Positions 11,852 through 30,335 of a stretch of 50,009 nucleotides of DNA are shown here, piece by piece. The notes beneath the pieces were generated by a model. That model had not been told where the DNA came from. It searched no databases and saw nothing but the letters and a program-made list of their open reading frames with translations. The position numbers and the translations under genes were made by a program. Source of the DNA: Chromera velia (taxonomy: Eukaryota); assembly GCA_018398765.1 (NCBI GenBank), contig JAHBMJ010000329.1, forward strand, positions 1-50,009, given 5' to 3'. Position 1 is the first letter of the stretch. Each line of letters begins with the position of its first letter.

Positions 11852-12126
11852 TGTTCCACCTGGCTTACGGAAGCTATAGGGCTCAGATACGTGCCTTTAC
11901 GATCTTACACATAGAGGTTTATTAGAGAGGGCACCTTTCCTTCAGGCTTGCCTTCTCTCTATAATAGGCAGCATGTATGCACGTCCATTCTCTGTATCTG
12001 AGAATTGCTGTCAATAATAGGCATACGTCTGTATTGAATCAATCACTCTGTATTGGACCCTTTTACTATTAAGTCGATCTTGCTTATCGAAGGGCTTAGT
12101 GTTTCTCTTATTCATGATCCATAACA
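11852..12126 (-). repeat. 3' LTR of gypsy element (275 bp)
   Basis: Matches 17931-18205 with 9 substitutions and no indels; preceded on the - strand by polypurine tract AAGGGGGGGG (12140-12131). Confidence 0.95.
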
Positions 12127-12341
12127 ATCACCCCCCCCTTTAAGCTTGTGCGTCCCGCATAATTCACACCTTTCACCGATCCCAGCCACCTACACCGGCA
12201 ATCGAAGAACCACCATTAGCGCGGCCGCACGACATGACACGAAGAGCAGGAAAACATAAAAAGGGTGGAAAAAAAGGAATGATGGATCGAATTGATTGAA
12301 ACAACGCAGTTATCACTTCATGTCATGGAGCAATCAACAGT

Positions 12342-16693
<4,352 letters not shown>

Positions 16694-17916
16694 GAGTACC
16701 ACAGTTCTGGACAGTTCGCGACGGAGTGTGATGGCGACCTACAATGATGGCATGTTGGCACTCGTTGCCCGAACGGTGGAGCATGCCCATTCTGTCCATA
16801 CCCGAAGTGACTGTTGTTGAAACCGTTGTGACCTCCTCTGCCTCTATACATGCCTCCTGGCATTCCTCTTCGTCCCCTGTATCCACCTCTCCATCCTGAG
16901 CCTGCATTTCGGCCAGGCGTGAAGCCGTATACGACTTGAGGAGACGGCCGATTGCCCCGACCCCCTCGCGGCATCGAATTGCCCCTGCCGCGGCCACGAG
17001 TGTGCAAAGCCGCTATGCTGGCCTCAACGCGCTCAAGCCTGTCTGTCAACTTCTCCTATCGTTCAAAGTCAGACGCTGATTGCATACTCTGGATGGCAGC
17101 GAGTTTGGCTCTGGCTTTCTTCTGCAGCTTGGCATGGAGATGCTCGGTTCTCTTTACCAAGTCATTCCATTCGGAGAAGGCGGGTTCAATTTCCAGAGCT
17201 TCCCGCATTTCAGGATAGAGGGCGTTGATGAATGGCGTGATACGATGGTTGCGAATAGCATTTGGATTGGCGGCCATGAAGGTATCGATAAATCGGTTAA
17301 CGAACGGTTGGAACGCGTCTGCGATACTCAGTTTCACGTCTGCCATCGTATACACCGCGTGCTTTTCTTCCATGCCTCCCCCACCATAGGCATCGAGGAA
17401 CCATGCGTCTACTTCATCGACGGTGGAGCATGTTCCTCTCTTCTCGTCCCACTGCTGCACCAGGTTGGTGTCAATAAAGTGCATACCAAGCAACAGTTTG
17501 TATTCGTCGACGTTCAGGTTGCCGGCTTTCACTTTGTCACGGAATTGGCTGAACCAAGTCCTCCTATTCTTCTTCTTGGGGTCAAATACCTCTACGACTC
17601 TCTTCACCTCTGCCAGTGCCTTCAGTTTGTCCACATTAATTGCCATGTTCGGTCCTTGCCCTGCCTGTATCGATTCCTCTGAATCGGTCTGTTGTTCAGA
17701 TGCTGAGCGGTGCGTGACTGCTGGGCTTTCGATAACAATCTCCCCTTCCTCCGTGAAGAGGGTACCTACGGAGGAAGGAGGAGGAGTGTCGATGTTCTCC
17801 AACCAGGGGTAGATAGAAGGAATCGAAGGGGAACTCTGGCTTCCTCCTTACAGATAGGAGGTTCCTCTTCTCGTGATTCCGGTCTGTATTGTGTTAACTG
17901 GACCGGGAACCCGAAA

Positions 17917-17929
17917 GCTCTGCTAACCA
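17917..17929 (-). promoter_or_regulatory. Primer binding site, initiator tRNA-Met-like
   Basis: TGGTTAGCAGAGC lies one base inside the 5' LTR and resembles the tRNA-iMet complement TGGTAGCAGAG with one extra T. Confidence 0.6.
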
Positions 17930-17930
17930 C

Positions 17931-18205
17931 TGTTCCGCCTGGCTTACGGAAGCTATAGGGCTCAGATACGTGCCTTTACGATCTTACACATAGAGGTCTA
18001 TTAGAGAGGGCACCTTTCCTTCAGGCTTGCCTTCTCTCTATAACAGGCAGCATGTATGCGCGTCCATTCTCTGTATCTGAGAATTGCTGTCAATAATAGA
18101 CACGCGTCTGTATTGAATCAATCACTCTGTATTGGACCCTTTTACTATTAGGTCGATCTTGCTTATTGAAGGGCTTAGTGTTTCTCTTATTCATGATCCA
18201 TAACA
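17931..18205 (-). repeat. 5' LTR of gypsy element (275 bp)
   Basis: Direct repeat of 11852-12126; followed on the - strand by the PBS. Confidence 0.95.
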
Positions 18206-20680
18206 ATCACTTATGGTGTCTTGAAAGCCAAAGCTACATATCTGGACGGTGTTTTGACCGTGTACGCCGTAAGCATGGACGGTCTTTTGAAAAACGATGC
18301 CGCAGATAGAGATCATTTTGATTATGTTTTTTTAAGTGGCACTTAGGTTTAGGGAGGTTCGTTACAACAAAGTGTAGCAAAGGACAAAGTTTTTTTCTCT
18401 AAATCTAAAGGCTTTTCTCCTCCAATCTATGCAGTGATGACAGAAAGAGACTTTTTCAAATTTTAATCATGTCTATACTTTGATCCGTACACATACACAT
18501 CCGGTATTTCTCTCTTCATTTTTTTCTTTTTTAAAGAACCACCACAATTAAATGAAGGTAGTTTCCGCGTTCTGAACAGTTCTGTATAAGGAGACATCCC
18601 GTCACATGTTGCTTAAATCATTTTGAGTCAAATGTTATACTATAACTAAATTACGGTCTAATATAGCATTCCATACATGTTGATACGTGTATGATTTAAC
18701 TTCATTAAGTGATGTTGTTACTTATTCTGTTAATTCTAATAATTAATTTTAGACTCACTCCTACTACTAGTAGACTGACTCAAATAGTTTTTTAGTTTAA
18801 GATACAAACCAATACAAACATTTACCCTAGTATAATGCAACCTAGCAAAGAACAATTTGCCATGCAGTAAAAATAATATTAAAACTAATTAAAACATAAA
18901 GATTTTCACATTGAAGTCAATCACTTTTTTGCACTGTTTTCCTTCCATTTCGCAGCGGCGAAACAAAGGGAAAAAAATACCAATTGCATGAGTGTTTACA
19001 CGCAGCTAGACACGCAGGCAATGTGCATGTCGAATAAATAACAGAAAACGTTTGCTGTCTCTGCATGTCGGTAAACCATGACAAATAGAATGAGTCGGGA
19101 TTCTTCTGAATTAATTCGTTTGATTTGCCTCGATCGAATATTTCATCGCCCAACGACCATTCACCCAATCGAATCGACAGCTAGAACGATGCACCATAAA
19201 TCAACACCGCCGGCCCCCACGCATTCATTACCCTTCGATCCTGCTAGGAACTGGCAGTACATGCAGGCCTTTGCATCATTGGAGGAAGAGAAGAGAGTGG
19301 AAAGAAGAATGATGGACCGACACAACATGCCAGAGAGAGAACGCACTGTGTGTGTCGATCGTGCCCCGATGGATCGATCCAGACGGAAGGGGGAAAGAGA
19401 GAGACAAAGACCGTCGATTCATTCTGGCTCATGTACGCACACACTGACCTAGGTTCCTGACAGTCTAATTGTTCTGTTCTTCAATTCATTTCCCTGCATG
19501 CTCCCCTCGATTCCATTCAAACCAATCAATGCTTTCATTACCTGCCTTCTTTTTGCATTACAAATCCAACAATCAAACAACGCATACATGCATGACGGCA
19601 TCGACAGATTCCCCCCAAGTGAGTGAGTCTTTTTCCCTCTTTCCTTCAACGCCCCAGTTCTCTTCCCTTCCCCTCCAGCTGCATGGCCAAGTGACCCCCC
19701 TTCCCCTGCCTTCTTTTGAATGCTCGGCATAGGAGGGAAAGGTATTCTGTCCTTTTCTTTCTTTCTTTCTCCCCCCCTCTCCCTCTCTCTCTTTCTTGCT
19801 TGCTGACTTGGTTGTACAAAGGAGAGGTCTTGTGGTGTCTCGCATGCACCCCTGTATGCATGCAGGTGTCTGTCTGTCTCTCTGTCCGTTTGCTGCCTCT
19901 TCTCTTCTCCCGGCTGCTCGAAAGAAGACGGGGGAAAAAACAGGAAAGAGAGAAGATACAGAAAGGGCATGAGCGGGGCATCAGCGCAGACACACGCCCT
20001 TAACCAACCAATCGGAATTCTTTGGAGTTGGGAAGAAGAAAAGACAGGCAGGCAGGCAGGGAAAACGAAAAAAAGAGACAAGGACGGAGAGAGAATCAAC
20101 AAAAGAGGCTCGCCCGAGGCGATCTGTAATAATCAACAGTGGAGGGAGGGAGGGAGGAGGGAAGAGAGGGAGGCAGAGAGGCATCATCGAAGCAAGACGT
20201 GCACACGGACAGGAAAAGGAAGGGAAGCGAAAGAAAGAGAAGGAACCAGGCTGCACACCCACCCTGCAGGGGGTAGACACATACACCCGGCGTTCGTCAC
20301 TCTCACTGGTTTGGCGGTGGATCGATTGGTGGATTGATTAATTTATCCTTCCCTCAGTTTCCTTGCCATCATTGACTTTTTCTCTCTCTGCATACAAAGA
20401 CGGTCTAGATAGACTGCAGAGAAGAAGAGCAAACGACTGAACGTCTGTCTCTTTTTTCCCTCCCTTCCTTCCCTCCCTCTTTCCCTTCGTTGTTTGGTCT
20501 ACACAAGAGCCAGAGTCCTGCAGAGGAGAGGGAATGAGAGGAGAAATTAGACAGGGAAGAGAGTTGTACACGGGTCTCCCTCCCAATGCATCCATCCATC
20601 CATCCCTCCTGGCAAGGAATGAAGAAAGGGAGGGGGGGCTTCGCATGGCTTCTTTTTACAATAGCGAGAGAGGAAGAAAG

Positions 20681-20711
<31 letters not shown>

Positions 20712-23700
20712 GCAAATCAGTGGATAGGCAGACAGACAGAAAAAAAGTGCCCGCCAAGCCTCAACAATCGAAGATAGAGCCATGCAGCCTGAATGAATGG
20801 ATGTACGGATTTTCTCTACACAAAATTGGGGCAGAGGAGGGGAAACAGACAGACATGCGCTCCCTTCTTCGATCCTGCCCTGAGTGCCTTTCTTCCTTCC
20901 ATGTCTGTCCTTCCTTCCTGGCTGCTTCGTTCGGTTGATCAAGGCAGTGGGGACTCTCTCTGTCCTTCCCCGAGCGTGCAACTGTTGCTTTCCTTTCGCC
21001 ATTTCCTCTTCAAACTCCATTGATTGATGATTGAATGAATGAATGTTTGATCGACTCTCAACCGGTCGCTCGATCCCGCCTTCTTTCTCCCTCCTCCACT
21101 CGATCCCTCCACGGCTGCCTGTGCCTCGTTGCGTTGCCTGTTGTACTTTGTTCGCTTCCTCTCATCTTTCTTTCTTTCTTTCTCTTTTTTATACATTCAG
21201 GCACAGGCAGAGAGAGACAGACAGACAGAGCGGGCGCACGGGCAAGAAGGGAGGGAAGAGAGAGAAGTTAGGAAGAGAAGGAGGGACAAGGAAGTGAAGA
21301 GAAAGGATGCAGAAGGGCCGCACAAACAAAACCAAAATGTACAGGTCTCAGAGCTTGCAATCAAGGTTGCCTGCCTGCGTGCCTGCCTACCTGAGGTACC
21401 GTTCCTGCCTGCTGGAAGGAATGTGAGGGGGAATCGATGAATCGATCGATACGAAAGCGCCATTGGGCCTATTCTATTTATTTTCTCTCTCTCTACCATT
21501 GGGGTCTGTACAGGGCCGCCCGGTTGGTTTTTTGGGGTAAAGAAAGAAGGAGAGGAAGGAAGGACAGAAAAGAGGGATCGAGGACACGAAATGAAAAGCG
21601 GCTCCTGGAGCGAGCCGGTCAATCAATCACGCGGTCGATTGATTGATTGATTGATCGATCGACTGACTGATTCGTCGCTTCACTGACCATCCGACACACC
21701 GACCGAAAGAAACAGCAACACTGCACACTTTTCAGCCGGAACAGAAAGACAGCAGATCGAAGGCACAGCCAGACACACTCGACCGACTCTCTTCCTTTCC
21801 TTCCCTTTTCTTTCCTCTTTTTTCCATTCCGTCTCTTTCACTTTCTCTCTTGGTCTACCGGTCGGTTTGCTTGTTCACTTGTTTTCAAGAAGACAAAAGG
21901 CGGCATGAATGCAGTACGAAAAAGAAGAGGGAGGAGGAGGAGGAAAGAAAGACGAAAGGAGATATGTCACTTTACACACGTGCTAGACGAACAGCCAGCC
22001 TAGACAGAAACGCCGGCCAGTTGGTCGCGGAAGACGAAAATGGGAGGTGGGGGGCAGTCAAGAGAAGAGAAGAGAAGAGGAGGAAGACAACGAAAAAACC
22101 TTACCACCACATGGCGAGACATGTAGTTACCATTTGGCCCAAAGGCCCGAAAAAGCACCCACTGATCGAGCTTTGTTGACAGAAAGAAAGAATGAATGAA
22201 TCAATCATTCGATCGAAAGAATTTACAATAGACATACCCGCTCTACTGTACTGTACCAAGCATGGCTACCAATCAACCAACGAATGTGAGAGTCCTTCAA
22301 TCTATCCATCCATCCATCTCCCCATAAGAAGACAGACCCACCGATTCAGACAGACAGAAAGATGACCGACATTTCATCCCGCCCCCTCCAAATCCATTCG
22401 TTCCTTCTTTCCTTCCTAGCTCGGTCGCTTGCTTCTTCTGTACACTGATTGGCCAGCCAGCCACACGCAATTAAGCGGGAGGGAGGAAGCCTGGACGGTC
22501 ATCTGCCTCCGCCCCTCGGCCAATCAAATCAGACAGTGTAGCAGCACGGATCGACTGACGGATCTACAGACCGAGCTACGGCTCTACAGACATTCCTGCA
22601 TGCATGCACGCTCTGCCTATCTCGCTCGTCGGCCCGCCTGCTGCCTGCCTGACATCTCTTTTTTTCTTTCGTTGATGCCCTAGAAGTAGGGAAGGCGTCG
22701 ACAGAGAGTGAGAGAGAGAGAGAGAGACAAAGAGGGAGGGAGGGAGGGAGAAGATCCACTGCGTACGGGAGGAAGGTAATGATGGAGGAGAGCGCAAATG
22801 AAGAGAAGAGAAGACAAGAGAAGAGAACAGTGAGGAAGGCTCATAAAAGAACATTTAGGAAAGAAGAGAAAAAACGGAGAATTTGCCTCTCTCTCTTTGT
22901 GTGTGTGTGTGTGTGCTCGCTATGCCATTCTGGGTTTCCTTGCTTTTCTTGCTTCCCTTTCCTTATTTCGAAAGAATCCAGTGAAGTGAAGATCTTTCTT
23001 TCTTCCCATTTGAGTACCCTCCCCTCCCTCGCCTGTGCGTCGTACTTAATCCCTTCCTTTCTTTCGTTTGCCGTCCGAGCATCACACCATCACACGAACC
23101 TTCCTCCCAGATAAACAAAGGAAGGGAGGGAGGAAGAATCAACTCGAACAAAACAGAATCAATCCGCCTTCAGCACATTTGGTCAGGCAATCGCGACAGG
23201 CAAGCCCGCGATGAGGCAAGAGCTGAGATGAAAAACAAAACGGGAAAAAGAAAAAGGCAGGGAAATGAAGAGAGACAGAAACGGAAAAAGTCTGCAGACA
23301 GCCAGTAGACTAGCGTAGAGTCCCGCCGATTTAGCTGCATGCGAAAATCAAGGAGCATGCATCTTTTCTTTCCCTTAATTGTTTTCCTGCCAGCTTGAGA
23401 GACGACACCTTGTTCCTTGCAGGTCCTGCCTCATAAGATGCGCCCGCCCGTTGGTTGTTTCAGTCAGAGTCCCCACTTCTTTTCTCTTCTCCTTTCATGC
23501 ACTCACCCACTCACTCACTCAAACACGCACATACATACACATATGTGTACATTCACAGCCAGACGTCAGTCAAACAAAGGACCACGAGTAAGAGAGAAAA
23601 CAAGAAAGATCACGATGTTACAGGAAAGGAAGAGAAATGAGTGCCGAGACGAGACGAGAAAAGAAGGAAGCAGGGGCGAGACTTGGATGCATGTCGACAA

Positions 23701-23758
23701 CACCGACATGACTGTGTACATCTTTTTTCTCTGCGTCCTCAGATCCCCCCCCCCCCCC

Positions 23759-23785
23759 NNNNNNNNNNNNNNNNNNNNNNNNNNN
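23759..23785. other. Assembly gap (27 N) after a poly-C run
   Basis: N run visible in the sequence. Confidence 0.99.
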
Positions 23786-25998
23786 CCACCTTTCTCTCCG
23801 TCCGCTCCTGTTCCTTCCGCCATTCCTTCTGTCTGTCTGTAAGTCTGGCTAGGTGGCCCGAGCCTTGCGGACCACCTTCCGAACTTAAGTCTCTGTCGCT
23901 GCTCGGTCATCCATCCTGGTCTCTCTCTCTGTCTGTCCCTCTTGACATTTCATTTCAAACAGTCAAGTCCCGTTTGGCTTTCTTTCTGGTTCTTTCTTTC
24001 TTTCGTTGCATCGATCGATCGATCGTTGTTTTGTTTGCATCTCCCCTCTCTCTTCTCATGCAGAGGCTTTCTTTCTTTCTTTCTTGCTTGCTTTCTTTCT
24101 TGCTTTCTCTATTGCAGGCATGCAGCCTCATGAGCCAGCCCTCTTTTACCAAGAAAGTCTTCTCACTCTGCTCAAAGGATGGATGAATGGATACTCTCTC
24201 CTTCGTTTTTTGCCTTCTGACCTCTTTTAAAATTTGCTTGGGTGCTTTCTGCATGCCCCTCGATCTTTCTGCCTGACTGCCTTCTTGCCATACGCCCGGG
24301 GAAACAACAAACTGAAGGAAGCGAAAAGAAGAGAAGGGGAAAAAACGGCAGCTTGGCCTGCCCTTCTTTCAGCGCCTCCCGGCCTCATTCATGCAACGGA
24401 GAGAGAGAAAGAGCAAGGAAAAAAAGGAGAAGTGGTCATGCAGGGGAGGGTGGTCGGTCAGTTCGTTTCCCTCCCCAAATGCAGGAAGGAAAAACCGACA
24501 ATTCAACAAACAAAAAAGACTGAAAGAAACAAATGAGAAGAAGAAGAAGAAGTCGAAGAAAGATCTGTAGACCCGGTCAACGCATCCACTCATCCATCCA
24601 TCCGTGCATGCATCCATGCATGGTGGAGCGTTCCATTCTTCTCTTCTCTTCTCTTGTTAGGGTTCCCCCACTCTCCCCGTGCTACCAAACAAATCAGACA
24701 AGCAACTAAAGGAGAATGGGGGGGGTCACCACAGTGACGATCTAGCTCTGACTGGAGAAGCTGGGCTGGGCTGGGCTAGAGTCATTCATTAAGTGCATGG
24801 GAGGGCGGCTTGCGGGTGGGTTCCCCCATCCCCCCCCCTTTCTTCTCTCACCGTCAGAACCAAATCGAATAGAATGAAGAAGCAAACACAAACAGCCCAT
24901 ACACAGTCTGACCGCTGCGCCCTGTAAACCAATCTCTCTTGTCTGCCCCTATCGCAGCCCCTTTTGTCTCCTGCACTTCGCACGGGGCTACTTTTGCTTA
25001 CCACCGCTCTAATTCTCTTTCTCCCCTTCAGCAACTTCTTCTTTTGCCTCCCTGTTCCCGTTCATTTCTTCTGCATGCCACATTTTCCTACCAAAGGCTT
25101 TCACCGCAGTCAGTGCACAGATATTGTAATCCTCACGACTGAAGTGGCGGCGTTCGCCCAGCTTCGATGGATCAAAAGCGCAACACTCCTTCCTCCCTTT
25201 CTCCCCTTCCACGTCGATTCTTTGCATGATCAATTTGTTTGCTTGTTTGTGCGTGGAAGGAAGAGCGACAGCAGACTGCCCACCTACCTTCCTGCCTGTG
25301 TCTTCACTTCATTCCATTTGGCAAATAAATTTTGATTCATTGATTTCCCTTTTGCATCAACAGCACTGATCGAGGCCACTTAGACAGACAGACAGGCAGA
25401 CACACACAGAGAGAAGAGAGTCAGCGACAGCACTAGGAAGAGCAGAAGTAGGCAGGCAGGCATGCGGGCAGGCAACCAAGAGGGCTTGTGGATGGAGGAA
25501 CAGCTGGACGTACAAAACAAAAAGAATCCACAAAGGATTTCCCTTATCTTTCTCTGTCTGCTTGCCCAAGCCTGAAAGTAGCCAATCGGCCACGTTACAT
25601 TTACCAGAAGGTCGATCATTCAATCAAAGCACACATCCACCCATCCTTGCATCTATGTGGTTACCTTCCTTCATCTCTTCAATAGACCGCTTGACCCCCC
25701 CATTTTTGTTCAAAAAAATCAAATTCGTCCCTCCCGTGCCAGCTCTTCTTCGGTCTTTATCATGCATCTGCTACCAAAAAGGACAAATTAGATTGAGCCA
25801 CAGTCAGTCTGATCAGAGAATCCCTTCGTGTTCCTTCACCCTCCCCGCCTCTTCCTCTTCCCATGCATTCCTCTTCCTTTCTTTCTATGCATGCACGGTA
25901 TGGTTACAGCACACACACAACGGAACGGTCTGAGGTCAACGACTCACCGGCCGCCTCTTAATTTCCCTACCCGCCCCATGCATGCACACATCATGCAA

Positions 25999-28900
25999 TC
26001 AAGGGAAGGGCGCACGTTGATGTTGAGAGGGAGAGGGGGCAGCCAGGCCAGAGAGCAGCCCTGCTGCTGTGTCCGTGCCCTCCTCCTGCGAAGCGCGCCC
26101 TCGAGGAACACATTCAGCTACTTCTTCTTCTTCTTCCTCATCGACCGGCGCACGCCCTCGCCTTCTCACTGCCGCAGTGGACGAAGAAGAAGAAGAGGAA
26201 GTCGGGTCTCTTCCCAGAGTCTCCAATGGAGGGCTTCTCTTGTGAGGATCATCAGTCAAATTCTCTTTCTCCTTCTCTCGATGCCCTTTCCTTTCCCTTT
26301 CCCGCAGCTGGACGGCTTCGGGCTGACGGAACGGGGGGGCAGGGGCAGAGTGAGCAGACGCCACTAAGGGCGGGGAGGGGTGATGAGGAAGCAGGGGGCT
26401 CTGCTGCCTCCTAGCAGAGGCACTGGAAAAAGACAAAGAAGAACCTTTCCTCCTCCTCTCCATCTCAGCAGCAGCCTCCGCCTCAGGCTGCGACACGGCA
26501 CTGTGAAGGGGAACACGATAGTCTGACGGGCCCCTTCCACCTCCCACCCCGCTCTGTGCTGCAGGAGGTATGGGGGGACTTTGACTGCTCTCTCTTTCTC
26601 TTTCTCTTTCTGCAGCTCCGCCCATGCCGATGGGAGGAGAAGCAGAGACCATGGGCATGGTGTGATGCTCCCCATTTCCTCCCTCAGCCTCTGTGGAAGG
26701 ACAGTGCCGAGAGGGGAGATGGGAAGGGCCCCGGCAACCGTCACGCCGGTCCGGGGACGGTCCCCCCGACCGGGAAGGTGTGAGTCCAGTCAAACCGCCC
26801 ATTCCCGGATGATTGCCTCCACCACCATACTGCTGCTGCTGGTGTGTGTGCTGGAATGGCACTCCTCCTCCTCCTCCTGAGGTGCTCTCAGGCAGCATGA
26901 TCGGTCCTTGATGGGGGTGGTATTGGGAAGCGGAAGCAGACGCAGCAGCACTAACTTGCAGCATCTGCATGCACTGTAACTGCATCAGAGCGAGCCATGA
27001 CATGGGCCCAGCCATACTTCCCCCCGGGGCAGCGGGTGGCCCTGGACCTGCCGCCCCTGCTGGTTGATTATGCAGAGGATGCATCATCATCCCATTCTGC
27101 GATGCTTGTTGCATCATCATCTGCGGTTGGCCTTGTGATTGGCCTCCTCCTCGTGGGTCAACAGCCGCGGCCCTGAAAGAGGAGACGGAGGATGCGCCTC
27201 CTCCTGCACGAGCGGCGGGAGGAACAGGAACGGGATGGGGGCCCAGGAGGGGGCCTGTAGAGTAGTCGCCCTCTCTTTCTCTTTCTCTATCTGAACTGAC
27301 CCCTCTGCTACCGGGGAAGGAATAGGACGAGCTGAGGTCCTCTGGGGGGCAGGTGGGACATACCTCGTTAGCGCCTGCATCCTGCCTGCCCGACTCAGTC
27401 GCAAAGTGGGATGGACTGGGGGGGCAAGGAACGGAGGGACTTCCTAAGTTGCCGTCCAAGGGGGCTGGGGTGGGAACGCGTTGCACCGTGCCCGTGCTCC
27501 CCCCGCCGCCGCTTGTGCTCCTGCTCCATGAGTGTGTTGCATGGAGAGGGAAGGGCACGTCTCCCGTTTCCGTCTCTGCTTGCGGTTCTGGTGCCGGACT
27601 ACCGGTCTCTGAGGGCGGATTACTCAACAAAGGGGGAGGGGGAAGCCCCGGCAAGAGGGGCTGGATGGGCATCTGTCTGGCGAGAGAATCGCCTCCTGGG
27701 GGGTACAGGGGAGAAGGGAGCATCTCCGCTGCAGATGGAGAGGGATGGCCGGACGAGGAGTTGGAGAGGGAATGATGATGTTTGAGGAGTGGGGATTCAG
27801 CAATGGGTCGAAGGGAGGAAGAAGGCATGAAGGCGGGGCGGCCTCTCTGAGAACGAAGCCCCCCTCCCCCACTACTCATGAGAGACGCAGGTTTGAGCGA
27901 CGAGGAGACGGCTGTTGTTGTTCCGGTCAGGTTCATGTTCATCAACGACATCCCCCCGTCTCCCTGACGATGAGCATGTGCAGCAGAATCCGGTGCATGG
28001 AGAAATGAATCAGTCTGCAGTGCGGATGGTCTTCCTCTCTCTCTCGGAAAACGCAATAAATTGGAGTCCTCTCTCTGACGGTCACCCGCCCTCATCGCGC
28101 TCCCCTCGTAAGACCCCCGTGTGTCTCTCATCAAATGTGACGAGGAGGAGGAAGAGGTGGGTGTGCTGGGGAAGGCGGGGAAGGAAGTCAGAGGGAAGGA
28201 GGGAATTGTTCCTTGGAGGTTGCTGCCTCCTCCAGAAGTGGTCGGTGTGGTCTGAGAGGGATCTCGATGGTCCATTTCTCCCCCCCCATGCACACTTCCC
28301 CCTGCTGCTGTGTGCATGGGATGAAACGAATCGCCATTCCCCCCATGCATGGAGATGTTCGAGGGGGGGGACCATAGGGGAGGGGAGGTGGCTAGAGCCT
28401 GGTGATATGCTGAGTTGGAAGAGGACGACGTTGCTCTTGGGTGAGATCTGGAAAGCGCTGCTGTATCAGCCTGTGTCGAGTCAACACAAGCTCTTCTTCG
28501 CTGTCCTTGATGGGCGTCCGCTTGGGTGTCTGTGTTGGAACAGGCTGAGGAAGAGGAAGAGAGATGGCGACGGGAGTGGGGGTCAGAAGGGGAAGGGAAA
28601 GGCAGGAGGGCAGGTTCTGGGCGGAATTTTGCCGGGGGGGGGGAACATTCATTTGAAGAAGGGGGAGGTCCGGAGGGGTCATGCACTAGATGGGTGTTCG
28701 CCTGGTGGCGGGGTGTGAAGTCCATTTGGTGCATCATGACGGTTCTCGTGGTGGAGGCTGCTTCTGCAGAGACGGCCCTTGAGGGGGGACTGCCTTCAGG
28801 GTAATGGCGGTCACCTCTTCTTTCTTCTCGGTCTACTCCTTCGTCTCTTACAGGTGATGCGTGGGGAGGACCTTTGCGTGAAAGCTCCTTCTCTTTGGTC

Positions 28901-29971
28901 GTAGAAGGAGACGAAGATGAGTGACGTGTTGGGAGTTTGTGCGTGAGTTGCAAGAGGGAAAAAGAGTCGAGAGGCACCTCTGATGGGAAGGCTCGCGAAG
29001 AATGCGAAGAACGACGGGGGGCGATGTGCAAGGCTGGGGACGGGGAAACAGCGGAAGCAGAAGAATCGAATGGCGAACCACTTGGGTCTCTCTTCACTCC
29101 CTTTTCATTGTTTCTTTGATGGGAAAAGTTTCCTTCGCCTTCTTCTACAGATGGAGGAGGACAGACGTCAAAGGAGCCGCGGGGAGATTGCATCATCATT
29201 GTCGGGGGATCACTCGAAGAAAGGTCAGACGAGCCCCCCCGTCTCCTTGCAAGGTCTCTTTCCCCGTTCATAAACAGACCCCTCTCTCTCTCCCGCTGAG
29301 ACGGAACAAGGCCGGCATCCAAAGGGACAAGGCCACTGTCGTCCTCCTCATGGACAGAAGAGGCAGCCGGACTTGGGGGGGGGAAGCTTTGCCGAAGGGG
29401 CCCCGGCCGAGTTGAGTGTGACCCTAGAGGAGAAGCAAGACGGGGCCCAGGACCCCGGATCCCCCCACGGAAAGAAAGAGGGGGGGCTGTGTAGCTCGAG
29501 TCTCTGCTGCTTTCTCTCCCTCGACTGTTCCCCCTTTCCCTTCCCCTCGCCCTCTGTTTCCCTTTCCCTTCCACGTCCCCCCCCGTATTCGCTGCATCAT
29601 TCCTCTCCTCCCTCTCCTCTCCTTCTCTCTCACGGCGCGCCTGCTGCCGCTTGAAGATCATCAACGCCTGTCGAGCGTCGAATTCCCTGCACAAAGGAAG
29701 GAAAGTGACAGCGAAGAGAAGAGCAGAGACACGATTAGAAAACAAAGAGGCAGCAAGCAAAATAACAGACACCAAAGAGAGAGAGAGAGATGATTCGACT
29801 CTGTTCTGCAAGCAAGAGAGGAAACAAAAGAAGGAAAAGGACTCCACAACATGCAGAAGAAGACTTTCCATCATTCATCAAGATGCAAACAAGGCGCCTA
29901 GAGCTCAATCATACACAGACAGACAGACAGACAGACTGCATATCGTCTTTTCTTTCCTTTTTCTACATACA

Positions 29972-30002
<31 letters not shown>

Positions 30003-30074
30003 TATATCGTCTTTTCTTCGGACAGACAGACAGACAGACAGACAGACACACACACACACACACGCACACACACG

Positions 30075-30138
<64 letters not shown>

Positions 30139-30304
30139 AAGAAAGAGAGACAGACAAACAGGCACCCACACAGTGAGAAAAGGTACTAATCCGCGTAGCT
30201 CTTCGATGTGTCTAGGTTGTGACAAAGTCAAGCTGCTTATCCTTGGACGTAAGTTCTGCCTTGAAAATACATTCTGTCTGTCTGTCTGTCTGTCTGTCTT
30301 TCTT

Positions 30305-30335
<31 letters not shown>

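Noticed and set aside
17056..17058. Programmed readthrough at the TAG inside gypsy gag
   Set aside because: It lies mid-gag in an element with many other stops and no obvious downstream structure, so decay is the simpler explanation.
18917..25933. Many 60-220 aa ORFs on both strands
   Set aside because: They are translations of microsatellites and purine/pyrimidine tracts ([12 protein letters not shown]) with no domain signal.
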